Assembly: GCA_020073615.1 (NCBI GenBank)
Contig: JAIQEX010000013.1
Coordinates: forward strand, 9,786-73,785
DNA: 64,000 nucleotides
Direction: 5' to 3'
Source of the DNA: Terriglobia bacterium
Lineage (GTDB): Bacteria > Acidobacteriota > Terriglobia > Bryobacterales > Bryobacteraceae
Shown here: positions 23,340 to 34,196 of the stretch, piece by piece
Position numbering within the stretch: the stretch's first letter is position 1
How the letters are laid out: each line of letters opens with the position of its first letter
The notes under the pieces: generated by a model
Database searches by the model: none
What the model was told of the DNA's origin: nothing
What the model saw: only the letters and a program-made list of their open reading frames with translations
Program-made: the position numbers and the translations under genes

Positions 23340-25288
23340 GCACTGCGCTCCTGTGGAACAACCTGGTGGCGTACAGTATGCAGATCGGCCTGCTGGTGGG
23401 CCTGGCGGCATTTGTGCCCGCGGCGCTGCGGCTGCGCCTGCCGGGAGCGAAGCTGGCCTATTGGCACCTGCTGCTGGCGGCGTGTCTGCTGCTACCTGCG
23501 CTACGCCCGTGGAAGCAGGATGTGGCCACGGGCACGGTGCAATTCACCTCTACGATTACCGCCACCCAGCCGGCCAGGCCGGCGCCGCGGCCCCTTCCGC
23601 CGCCGAGCGAGATCGCGCTGGCGCTGGTGGCGGCGGGGGCGCTCGCTCGTCTGGCGTGGCTCGGCATCGGATTCTGGCGTCTGCGGCGCTACCGGCGGAA
23701 TTCGCGGCCGCTCGAGCCGGCAACGTCGTGGGGCGTCGAAGCTGCGCTGCGCGTTTCCGATGAAATATCGAGCCCGGTGACGTTTGGGTTCCGGCGGCCC
23801 GTGGTGCTTCTGCCCGCGCGCTTTCCGTCGCTCGATGGCGCCACGCAGGAAGCCATCCTGTGCCACGAAGTGTTGCACGTGCGCCGCCACGACTGGGTTA
23901 TCACCCTCGCCGAGGAACTGGTGCGCACGGTCTTCTGGTTTCATCCGGCCATCTGGTGGCTGCTGGGCGAAATCCAACTGGCGCGCGAGCAGGCGGTGGA
24001 CCGCGCGGTGGTGGAGATGACCAGGTCGCGCGAGGAGTATGTGGATGCGCTGCTGGCCATCGCGGGCGCACGGCCGCAACCGGACCTCGTTCCGGCGCCG
24101 CTGTTCCTGCACAAACGGCACCTGAAGCAGAGAGTGATATCCATTTTGAAAGAGGCTCGTATGTCCAAAACGCGTTTGATATCCGCGCTCGCCGCGGGGC
24201 TGGGAATCCTGGCCGCGGCGTGCTGGCTGGTAACTCTGACTTTTCCACTGATGGCCGCGCCCCAGGTGGTAATCGACGCGCCGGGCGTGACCGTGGATAT
24301 GGCCGGAGCCGCTGTGCTCCACCGCGCGCCGGTAGCCTATCCCGAGGCGGCGCTCCGCGCGGGAGTGCAAGGGACGGTGACGGTCGAAGTGAAGCTCGAT
24401 GCCGCTGGCGAGGTGAGCGATGCACGCGTGCTGAGCGGGCCGGAAGAGCTGCGGAAGGCCGCGCTCGAATCGGTGCTCCAGTGGCACTTCACGCGCGAAG
24501 CGGCGGGCGGCACGCGCCAGGTCAACATCGCCTTCACGTTGCCGAAAGGCGAACCCGCGGGCGTTCCGGGCGGCGTGATCGGGGGCGTGATCGGCGGTGT
24601 GCCCGGCGGCGTCGCCGGAGGCGCCTCCACCAGTGTCACGGTGAGCGGCGCGGCGCCGGTACTGGCCCGGGAAGAGAGGTTTGCAGCCATGAAGAGGTTG
24701 CGCACGGGACCCGGAACGTTGAAGAGCATCGTGATCGAAGGGCTCCCCGACCAGGCACGCGCCGAACTGCTGGCTCGCCTGCCCGTGCACGAGGGCGATA
24801 ACATGACGCCCGAGCTGACGGCGAAGACCGCGCAGGCGGTGCGGGATTTCGATGAACACCTGACGATCAACTTGTACGCCGTGTCGCCCACCGAGGCCAC
24901 GCTGCAAATCCGCGTGCCCAGCGCGGTTGCCGTGCAAGGCATGCCCCTGCCGCCGCCTCCTCCACCGCCGCTTGGCTCTACGTCCGATTCCGGCATTTCA
25001 CGAATCCGCGTCGGACAGGATGTGCAGGCGGCGATGCTGATTTCCCACGCTGCCCCGGTTTATCCGCCCCTGGCCAAGCAGGCGCGTATTCAAGGCGTCG
25101 TGATGCTGCAAGCCGTGATCGGTAAGGACGGATCGGTGCAGGAGCTGAAGGTGGTGAGTGGCCATCCACTGTTGGTCGAAGCAGCGATGGACGCGGTGAA
25201 GCAGTGGGTGTATAAGCCGACGCTGTTGAACGGCAACCCGGTCGAAGTGACTACTTCAATCGACGTCAACTTCACGCTGTCGCAATAG
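23336..25288 (+). CDS. blaR1: BlaR1-like M56 peptidase fused to two TonB C-terminal domains
   Basis: It has N-terminal TM helices and 'CHEVLHVRRHD' (HExxH). Two TonB_C-like modules follow: 'APVAYPEAALRAGVQGTVTVEVKLDAAGEVSDARVL' and 'APVYPPLAKQARIQGVVMLQAVIGKDGSVQELKVV'. The start overlaps the blaI stop (ATGA). Confidence 0.85.
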   Translation: MSTALLWNNLVAYSMQIGLLVGLAAFVPAALRLRLPGAKLAYWHLLLAACLLLPALRPWKQDVATGTVQFTSTITATQPARPAPRPLPPPSEIALALVAAGALARLAWLGIGFWRLRRYRRNSRPLEPATSWGVEAALRVSDEISSPVTFGFRRPVVLLPARFPSLDGATQEAILCHEVLHVRRHDWVITLAEELVRTVFWFHPAIWWLLGEIQLAREQAVDRAVVEMTRSREEYVDALLAIAGARPQPDLVPAPLFLHKRHLKQRVISILKEARMSKTRLISALAAGLGILAAACWLVTLTFPLMAAPQVVIDAPGVTVDMAGAAVLHRAPVAYPEAALRAGVQGTVTVEVKLDAAGEVSDARVLSGPEELRKAALESVLQWHFTREAAGGTRQVNIAFTLPKGEPAGVPGGVIGGVIGGVPGGVAGGASTSVTVSGAAPVLAREERFAAMKRLRTGPGTLKSIVIEGLPDQARAELLARLPVHEGDNMTPELTAKTAQAVRDFDEHLTINLYAVSPTEATLQIRVPSAVAVQGMPLPPPPPPPLGSTSDSGISRIRVGQDVQAAMLISHAAPVYPPLAKQARIQGVVMLQAVIGKDGSVQELKVVSGHPLLVEAAMDAVKQWVYKPTLLNGNPVEVTTSIDVNFTLSQ

Positions 25289-25318
25289 TAAGGAACGGCG
25301 GCCCGAAGGGCCAACCTT

Positions 25319-25352
25319 CCCCCGGCCCCCAGCCCCTGGTCCCCGGCCCCGG
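25319..25352 (-). repeat. G-run 34-mer (minus strand CCGGGGCCGGGGACCAGGGGCTGGGGGCCGGGGG), copy A
   Basis: Five runs of four or more C on the plus strand, separated by 2-4 nt. It is 31/34 identical to the plus strand at 48965-48998. It lies intergenic between the convergent blaR1 and lolE genes. Confidence 0.7.
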
Positions 25353-25384
25353 CGCGCGAGGCGCGCTTTGCGCGCTGCGAACGC

Positions 25385-26622
25385 CTATTCGTAGCGCAGC
25401 ACTTCGGCCGGCGCTATGCGCGTGGCGTTTCGCGCCGGATACAACGTCGCCAGGAAGCTCACCAGGATCGCCGCCGCTGCGATCCACACTCCGTCCACCC
25501 AGCGCGTTTCGAAGGGCACGAAGCTCATGGAGTACACCTGCTCCTCCAGGCGCAGCCAGCGGTACTTGTCGGCGAAGTGGCACAGCGTGTAGCCCAGCGC
25601 GAGGCCGATGGCGCTGCCCACTACGCCGATCAGCACCCCCTGAAACATGAAGATGCGGCGGATCTGGTTGCGCCGCGCGCCCATGGACATCAGCACGGCG
25701 ATGTCGCGGTATTTCTCCATCACCATCATCACCAGGGTGATCAGAATATTGAGCGCGGCCACCAGTTCGATCAGCCCGATGGTGATGATGGTCACGATGC
25801 GCTCCATGCGCAGCGCATTCAAGAGCTGCCGGTTCTGCTCCTGCCAGGTAGTGGTGGTGTAGCGCTGGTCGATGGCGCGTTCCACCTCTTTGGCGATCTC
25901 CGGGGCGCGGTCGAGATCGTCCACCTTCAGCTCGATCATGTTCACCACGTCTTCGATGCCGAGCATCCTTTGCGCCGCCGCGATGGAGGTGAACACGTAG
26001 CCGTCGTCGATTTCGAAGAAGCCGGTTTCGAAAATGCCGGCCACGCGGAAGGGGCGGAAGGTCGGTTTCGGTCCGAACGGCGTCAGTTCGCCGCCCTCCG
26101 GGAAGACCGCCGTGACGCGCGAGTTCAGCGTCATGCCGGTGTCTTCCACCATGCGCGAGCCCAGCACGATTCCGGGCGGCCGGGCATTGGGATCGCGCAG
26201 CAGATCGAGCGAGCCGGCTTTGAGATGAGTGAGCGTATCGCCGATGGCCAGCTCGGAGTTGACGTCAATGCCCTTCAGGTACGCCCCCTTCGACTGCAGC
26301 GCGCCCACCAGGAACACCGGGCTGAACAGCGCCGCCGAAGCCGCGGTGACGTGCGGCACCTTGCGCAGGCGCGCCATTGCTTCGCGCCAATTGGCGATAC
26401 CCTCTCCTGGCACCTTGGGCACCACGCTGATGTGCGGCATCACGCCCAGCAGGTTGCGCTCCAGCGTGTTGCGAAAGCCGTTGGTGACGGCCAGGGCGAT
26501 CACCAGCGCCATCACGCCGGCGGCCACGCCCAGCACCGAGATCACGGTAATGAAGGAGATCACCGTCTCCTTGCGGCGCGCCCGCAGATAGCGTTCGGCG
26601 ATGAACAGCTCGAAGGAGGATT

Positions 26623-26626
<4 letters not shown>
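25385..26626 (-). CDS. lolE: lipoprotein-releasing ABC transporter permease (LolC/LolE family)
   Basis: A GTG at 26626 overlaps the lysS TGA. '[34 protein letters not shown]' is the LolC/E N-terminus, and the C-terminus is an FtsX domain. The upstream part of ORF 25385-27112 is antisense to nothing real and overlaps lysS. Confidence 0.85.
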
Positions 26627-28128
<1,502 letters not shown>

Positions 28129-28166
28129 ATGGGTCTCCTGGGAATCTTGTATTATGGGTCTTCGAT

Positions 28167-28880
28167 TTGCGAAGATCCATTTCCATTATCATTCCAGCCT
28201 ACAACGAAGAGAAACGGTTGCCCGCCACATTGCGCACGGTGCGGGAGTATCTGGGCGGGTCTTCGTGGGATTTCACCGAAATCCTGGTGGTGGACGACGG
28301 CTCGCGCGACGCCACCGCCGCGGTGGCCGAAGCCGCTGGCGCGCGGGTGCTGGCGAACCCCGGCAACCGCGGCAAGGGCTACTCCGTGCGCCATGGCATG
28401 GGGGAGGCCAGGGGCGATTGGGCGTTGTTCACCGACGCCGATCTTTCCGCGCCCATCGCGGAACTGGAGAAGCTGTGGAGCGCGGCCGAGCGCGAGCGCG
28501 CGCAGGTGGCCTTCGGCTCGCGCGCCGTGGACCGCTCTCTCATCGGCGTGCGCCAGCCGTTTTTTCGCGAGAACGTGGGACGCTTTTTCAACCTGGTGAT
28601 GCGCTCCGTCACGGGCCTGCCGTTTCGCGACACGCAGTGCGGCTTCAAACTGTTTGAGACGAGCGCCGCGCGCGAGATTTTCTCGCGGCAGCGGCTGGAG
28701 GGCTTCGGCTTCGACGTGGAAGTCCTGTTCATTGCCCGAAAACTGGGCTGCCGCGTGCTGGAAGTGCCCGTGCGCTGGAACGACGTGGCGGGCACCAAGG
28801 TGAGCCTGTGGCGCGGCATGGCGGCCTTTCTCGATCCCCTCAAGGTGCGCTGGAACGGTCTTGTGGGAAGATATCGGTAA
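28167..28880 (+). CDS. GT2 glycosyltransferase (dolichyl/polyprenyl-phosphate glucosyltransferase-like)
   Basis: TTG start. '[11 protein letters not shown]', 'VVDDGSRD' and 'FTDADLS' form the GT-A DxD layout. Confidence 0.8.
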   Translation: MRRSISIIIPAYNEEKRLPATLRTVREYLGGSSWDFTEILVVDDGSRDATAAVAEAAGARVLANPGNRGKGYSVRHGMGEARGDWALFTDADLSAPIAELEKLWSAAERERAQVAFGSRAVDRSLIGVRQPFFRENVGRFFNLVMRSVTGLPFRDTQCGFKLFETSAAREIFSRQRLEGFGFDVEVLFIARKLGCRVLEVPVRWNDVAGTKVSLWRGMAAFLDPLKVRWNGLVGRYR

Positions 28881-28892
28881 GCCGGATCGCCC

Positions 28893-31388
28893 ATGTGGAA
28901 AGACCTCGCCTTCGCCGTTCGCACCTTGCGCCGCAGTCCCCTGTTCACCGCCGTGGCCGTACTCTCGCTGGCGCTGGGCATAGGGGCCAACACGGCCATC
29001 TTTTCGCTGCTCGACCAGGTGGCGCTGCGCTCGCTTCCCGTCGCCGACCCCGCGCGGCTCACCGTGCTCCATACCGACTACCAGGCGCCTGGAACCAGCA
29101 CCAGCGACAACTCGCAATCCGTCTTCTCCTGCCCCATGTATCGCGACCTGCGCGACCGCGACGCGGCCTTCAGCGGAGTGGTCGCGCGCATGGGCGCCGG
29201 GGTCACGCTGGCCTGGCAGGGGAATGCCGAGCAGGCCACCGCCGAGTTGGTCTCCGGGAATTTCTTTGCCACGCTCGGCGTGGGCGCGGCCATGGGACGC
29301 GTCCTTGCGCCCGAAGACGACGGCGCCTCGGGCGCGCATCCGGTGATCGTGCTCGGCCACAGCTACTGGTCGAGCCGTTTCGCCAACAGCCCCGCGATAC
29401 TGAACCAGGCCGTCATCCTCAACGGCCATCCCGTGGTGGTCATCGGTGTGGTGGAGGCGCGTTTTCACGGGCTGATGTCCGGCCACACGCCCGATATGTA
29501 TGTTCCCATCGCCATGCAGAAGGCCGTCCGGCCCACCTGGGACGCGCTCGAGGACCGGCGCTTCCGCTGGCTGAATCTCTTCGCCCGGTTGCGGCCGGGC
29601 ATCGCCTCCGCGCAGGCGCAGGCGGCTACCGATGTGCTCTACCGGTCGATCCTCGAGACCGAACTGGCGCGCATCGGGAAAATGCGCAACGATCGCGACC
29701 GCGACGAGTTTCTCCATCACCGGGCGCTCCTTCAGCCCGCGGCGCACGGCATCAACGCGCTGGGCGACGAGTTTGCCAAGCCGCTGTGGGTTCTCATGGC
29801 CATGGTGGGGCTGGTGCTGGTGATCGCCTGCGGCAACGTGGCCAACCTCATGCTGGCGCGCGCCGCCGGACGGCAGAGGGAGATCGCCATCCGCCTCGCC
29901 ATGGGCGCCGGCCGGTGGTCGCTGGCTAAACAACTGCTGACCGAAGGCGTGGTGGTGGCGCTGGCGGGAGGGGCGCTCGGTCTGCTGGTGGCCGCATGGA
30001 GCAGCGAGGCCCTGCTGCGCCTCTTGCCGAAAGACGTGGCCGGCCCGTGGCTGTCGCCGCGGCTCAGTCTTCCCTTGCTCGGCTTCAACCTGGTGCTCTC
30101 CTTCGCCAGCGGCCTGCTGTTCGCCCTGGTCCCGGCGCTGCAGGCCACGCGGCCCAACGTGGCGGGCACGCTGAAAGACCAGGCGGCCAATGTGGTCTCG
30201 GGCGGCGGGGCGGCACGGCTCCGCAAGGCGCTGGTCACGGCGCAAGTGGCGCTCTCGCTGCTCCTGGCGGTGGGTGCGGGTCTGTTCGCCTCGAGCCTCG
30301 TTAACCTCATGAGAGTCAATCTCGGCTTCCGCACCGAGCGCCTCCTCATGTTCTCGGTGAACGCCACGCTCAGCCGGCCCGATATGGCCCGCGCCGTGCC
30401 GTTCTATCGCGACCTGGAGCAGCGCCTGGCCGCCGTGGGAGGCGTCGCCGGCGTGGGCGCGGCAGAGGGCGGACCCTTTTCGGGCAGCAACCGGGGCGGC
30501 AACCTCACCATCGAGGGATACAACGCGCGCCCCGATGAGTACGTGGGCTCTTCCGAGATCGCGGTGAGCCCGGGCTTTTTCCGCGCCATGGGCATCCCGC
30601 TGCGCGCGGGCCGCGAATTCAGCGAGCGCGACGACGGGGCGGCGCCCAAAGTGGTGGTGATCAACGAGACCTTCGCCCGGCGCTATTTCGCCGGACGCGA
30701 CGCCATCGGCCGCCGCCTGATGATGGGCTCGAGCAACCACCCGGTGCTCGACCACGAGATCGTGGGCGTGGCCGCCGACAGCCATGTGGACGTGCGCAAA
30801 CCGCCCAAGGAGACGTTCTTCTTCCCCTACGCGCAGTGGGACAAGCCCGACCAGCTGACCTACTACGTGCGCACCGCCGGCGACGAGAGCCGCCTGGCCA
30901 CGGACATCCGGCAAGTGGTGCGCGCAGCCGACGCCAACGTGCCCACCGGCACTCTGACGCCCATGGACGTGCGCATTCGCGAATCGATCTACACCGACCG
31001 CCTCATCGCCCTGCTGTCGGGCGCCTTCGGCCTGCTGGCCACGCTGCTGGCGGCCATCGGCCTCTACGGCGTGGTGGCGTATGCCGTGACGCAGCGGACC
31101 GCCGAGATCGGCATCCGCATCGCGCTGGGCGCGCCGCCCGCCGGTGTCCTGCGCATGATCCTGCTCGAAGCGGGCCGCATGGCCGGCGCCGGAATCGCCA
31201 TCGGCGTGGCGGCGGCCCTGGCGATCGGCCGGCTCCTGGAGTCGCAGTTGTTCGGCATCCAGGCTGCCAATCCGTCGATCCTGGCCGCCGCCGCCCTGCT
31301 GCTGGCCGCCGTCGCGCTGGTCGCAGCCCTGGTGCCTGGATGGCGCGCCTCGCGCATCGACCCGATTTCCGCTTTGAAATACGAGTAG
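28893..31388 (+). CDS. ADOP-family duplicated orphan permease (MacB-like, two FtsX domains)
   Basis: The N-terminus 'WKDLAFAVRTLRRSPLFTAVAVLSLALGIGANTAIFS' and the C-terminus 'RASRIDPISALKYE' are characteristic. It is 831 aa with duplicated MacB_PCD/FtsX modules. No adjacent ATPase gene is present. Confidence 0.9.
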   Translation: MWKDLAFAVRTLRRSPLFTAVAVLSLALGIGANTAIFSLLDQVALRSLPVADPARLTVLHTDYQAPGTSTSDNSQSVFSCPMYRDLRDRDAAFSGVVARMGAGVTLAWQGNAEQATAELVSGNFFATLGVGAAMGRVLAPEDDGASGAHPVIVLGHSYWSSRFANSPAILNQAVILNGHPVVVIGVVEARFHGLMSGHTPDMYVPIAMQKAVRPTWDALEDRRFRWLNLFARLRPGIASAQAQAATDVLYRSILETELARIGKMRNDRDRDEFLHHRALLQPAAHGINALGDEFAKPLWVLMAMVGLVLVIACGNVANLMLARAAGRQREIAIRLAMGAGRWSLAKQLLTEGVVVALAGGALGLLVAAWSSEALLRLLPKDVAGPWLSPRLSLPLLGFNLVLSFASGLLFALVPALQATRPNVAGTLKDQAANVVSGGGAARLRKALVTAQVALSLLLAVGAGLFASSLVNLMRVNLGFRTERLLMFSVNATLSRPDMARAVPFYRDLEQRLAAVGGVAGVGAAEGGPFSGSNRGGNLTIEGYNARPDEYVGSSEIAVSPGFFRAMGIPLRAGREFSERDDGAAPKVVVINETFARRYFAGRDAIGRRLMMGSSNHPVLDHEIVGVAADSHVDVRKPPKETFFFPYAQWDKPDQLTYYVRTAGDESRLATDIRQVVRAADANVPTGTLTPMDVRIRESIYTDRLIALLSGAFGLLATLLAAIGLYGVVAYAVTQRTAEIGIRIALGAPPAGVLRMILLEAGRMAGAGIAIGVAAALAIGRLLESQLFGIQAANPSILAAAALLLAAVALVAALVPGWRASRIDPISALKYE

Positions 31389-31424
31389 CTCAGGAAGGCT
31401 GGCGGTGCCGCCTGCGATCCGCGG

Positions 31425-32132
31425 TCACGCCTTGATGATCACTTCGCGCAAGCGCTCGCGGGTGAGGAAGAACTTCACGTATTCGAAGCGCACGAAGAGC
31501 TTCTCCAGGCCGCGGTTGTTGAAGAGTTGCGCGGGCCGCCGCGCGCCGCGCTGCGCCACCAGCAGCGCGTTCATTTCCTGAATCCGGAAGGTGTAGGCGG
31601 GGACGGTTTCCAGCTTGTCGTCGGAGTGGAAAAACGCCAGCATGTAGCTCTTGGGCCGTACGATTTTGTGCAGGCGCTCGATCACCGCGGTGAGCAGCGC
31701 CGGGGAGAGGTACTCCAGCACATCCCACACCAGGACCCCGTCGAACTGCTGCTCGGGATAGTCCAGCGCCTGGCGCAGGAAGTAGTCGATGCGGCCGGGA
31801 TTGGATTGATCCGCGCTGTCCTCGGCGAACGATTCCCTCAGGATCTGCAGGAAATCCTCGGAGTAGAGACGGTGCCCCAGGTTGGTAATGAAACTGACAT
31901 TGTCCTGCGAGGCCCCACCCAGATCCAGAATCGTGAGCCCGGACTGATCGCGGATGTTGCCGAAGAATTCCTCCAGGCCGCGGCTGGAGCGCGTCGCGAG
32001 AAACTCGGCCGCGCCCCCGGTGCGCGAAGCGGACCGCGGCGAGCCGGGGCTGCCGGACGAGGCAGAACCGTTTGCGGGCGCACCGCCACGGGAGCCGCGC
32101 AATAAATTCTTCAGCGGTCCTGGAAGCAACAT
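31425..32132 (-). CDS. class I SAM-dependent methyltransferase-like protein
   Basis: 'LTILDLGGASQDN' (motif I-like) and 'FDGVLVWDVLEYL' (motif II/III-like). The N-terminal approximately 45 aa are low complexity. Confidence 0.55.
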   Translation of the reverse strand: MLLPGPLKNLLRGSRGGAPANGSASSGSPGSPRSASRTGGAAEFLATRSSRGLEEFFGNIRDQSGLTILDLGGASQDNVSFITNLGHRLYSEDFLQILRESFAEDSADQSNPGRIDYFLRQALDYPEQQFDGVLVWDVLEYLSPALLTAVIERLHKIVRPKSYMLAFFHSDDKLETVPAYTFRIQEMNALLVAQRGARRPAQLFNNRGLEKLFVRFEYVKFFLTRERLREVIIKA

Positions 32133-32156
32133 GGGAAGCCTTCTACTACACGCAGT

Positions 32157-32717
32157 CTACCGTTTGCTGTCCGTGGCGCCCGCCGAAGCCGTGACCGGCG
32201 CCTGCGCGGGCGCCGGGGTCTGCGCACGCAGCGCCGCCTTGGGCTCGGGCTTCACGATATCGATGCTGCCCTTGAAGTAAGCTCCGTCCTCGATGATGAT
32301 GCGGGCGGTCTTGATATCGCCGATGAGCTTGGCGTCCTTGCGAATCTCGATCTTGTCGGTGGCCTCCACGTTGCCCTGTATGTTGCCCAGGGCCACCACC
32401 TCGCGCGCCTTGATCCCGGCGTGCAGCGTCCCGTTGGGCCCAATGGTGACTTTGTGCTCGAGAGCCTCCACGGTGCCCTCCAGGTCGCCATCGACATAAA
32501 GGTCTTCCTTGCTGAAGATCTGGCCGACGATCTTGACGGCCTTTCCGATAGCAGCGGCCGAGCCGCCGCGATTCTCCGGTTCATGGGTACGCACGGGCAT
32601 GCTGGACACGGGTGTAGCCTCCTTTTTGGCTTCTACCGGACTGGGCGCCGCCGGCACTGGGGCCGGTGGCGGGACATAGGGTTTTGGCGGTTCCTCATCC
32701 CGGCGTTTATTCCACAT
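32157..32717 (-). CDS. bactofilin-family cytoskeletal protein
   Basis: A beta-helical repeat core ('VTIGPNGTLHAGIKAREVVALGNIQGNVEATDKIEIRKDAKLIGDIKTARIIIEDGAYFKGSIDI') is flanked by Pro/Ala-rich tails. Confidence 0.85.
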   Translation of the reverse strand: MWNKRRDEEPPKPYVPPPAPVPAAPSPVEAKKEATPVSSMPVRTHEPENRGGSAAAIGKAVKIVGQIFSKEDLYVDGDLEGTVEALEHKVTIGPNGTLHAGIKAREVVALGNIQGNVEATDKIEIRKDAKLIGDIKTARIIIEDGAYFKGSIDIVKPEPKAALRAQTPAPAQAPVTASAGATDSKR

Positions 32718-32821
32718 TGGACCGCCCTCCTGGATTCCGTATGAATACGTTCATAATACCTTGTTCCTAATAGTCTAAGGGGGAGTATCCGCAAAAGGCA
32801 ACTCGGTTGCCAGGACCGGGC

Positions 32822-34132
32822 CTATCGTTTCGCGGCGGCTCCCTTCGACCTGGTCTCCAAAGCAATCGGGGTGCCGCGGAAGCCGAAGCGCCTCCGGAGC
32901 TGGTTGATGAGGTACCGCTGGTGGGAGAAGTGCAGCGGCCCGCCGCGGTCGGTGAACACGGCGAATGCCGGCGGCCGGATGGAGTGCTGGGTGATGTAGA
33001 AGATCTTCCTTTCCTCGAAGCGCAGCTCTTCCAGGAAGCGATTCAGCTCGCCCGTCGAAATGCGCCGCGAGGCCGATTCGTACACTTCGCGGATCAGCCG
33101 GAAGAGCGGCTGCACGCCCGCGCCGGTCTTCGCCGAGATGAAGACCACCGGCGCATAATCGAGGAACTTGAACTGGTCCCGCAGCTTCTGCTCGTACTCG
33201 CGCTTCTTTTGACCGCCCTGTCCCGCAACCTCGTCCCATTTGTTCACGCACAGGATCAGCGCGCGGCCGCCCTCGTGCGCGTAGCCGGCGATGGTGGCGT
33301 CCAGCCCCACGATGCCCTCGGTGGCGTCCAGCACCAGCAGCACCACGTGCGCCATGCGGATATTGCGCCGGGCCATCACCACGCTCAGCTTCTCGGCCAT
33401 GAGCACGGTCTTGCTCTTGCGGCGTATGCCCGCGGTATCGACGAAGACGTACTCCGTGCCGTTCCGCGTCACCTTCTCGTCCACCGCGTCGCGCGTGGTG
33501 CCGGCCACCGGCGAAACGATGGCGCGCTCCTGGCCGGTGAGCTTGTTGAGCAGCGTCGATTTGCCCACGTTCGGGCGTCCGATGATGGCCACCTTAATGC
33601 CCCCGGCGCCCTCGTCCGCCGCCTCTCCCGCGGCAATCCCGGCGGTCACACGGTCTAACAGCGCGTCCACGCCGATGCCGTGTTCCGAGGACACGGGGTA
33701 TACATCCGCGATGCCGAGCGAATAGAACTCATGGGAAAGATCCTCGTGCGCGGCCGTGTCGATTTTGTTGACCGCCAGGGTGATGGGTTTGCCCAGCTTC
33801 AGGAGCATTTGCGCGAGGTCGCGGTCCGCGCCCGTGATTTCCGCGCGCCCATCCACCAGGAAGACGATGTGGGAGGCGTCTTTCAGCACCATCTCGGCCT
33901 GACGGAGGATCTGCGCCGGGATGTACTCCTGATCGTGGATCACGATGCCGCCGGTGTCGATTACCTCGAAGTGGCGCCCCTGGTGTTCGGCAGGCCCGTG
34001 CATGCGGTCGCGTGTGATGCCCGGCTCATCGCCGGTAATGGCGCGCCGCTGCCCCGTAATGCGATTGAAGAGGGTGGACTTTCCCACGTTGGGCCGGCCC
34101 ACAATCACCACTGTGGGTGTGGCTTGTGACAT
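32822..34132 (-). CDS. der: ribosome-biogenesis GTPase Der (EngA)
   Basis: Two tandem G domains ('GRPNVGKSTLFN' and 'GRPNVGKSTLLN') are followed by a KH-like C-domain. Confidence 0.95.
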   Translation of the reverse strand: MSQATPTVVIVGRPNVGKSTLFNRITGQRRAITGDEPGITRDRMHGPAEHQGRHFEVIDTGGIVIHDQEYIPAQILRQAEMVLKDASHIVFLVDGRAEITGADRDLAQMLLKLGKPITLAVNKIDTAAHEDLSHEFYSLGIADVYPVSSEHGIGVDALLDRVTAGIAAGEAADEGAGGIKVAIIGRPNVGKSTLLNKLTGQERAIVSPVAGTTRDAVDEKVTRNGTEYVFVDTAGIRRKSKTVLMAEKLSVVMARRNIRMAHVVLLVLDATEGIVGLDATIAGYAHEGGRALILCVNKWDEVAGQGGQKKREYEQKLRDQFKFLDYAPVVFISAKTGAGVQPLFRLIREVYESASRRISTGELNRFLEELRFEERKIFYITQHSIRPPAFAVFTDRGGPLHFSHQRYLINQLRRRFGFRGTPIALETRSKGAAAKR

Positions 34133-34196
34133 GAGTTCTCATGATAGCAGGAGCAGCATGAGCTCTCAGCATTGTAAGCTGACGGCTGACAGCTTC

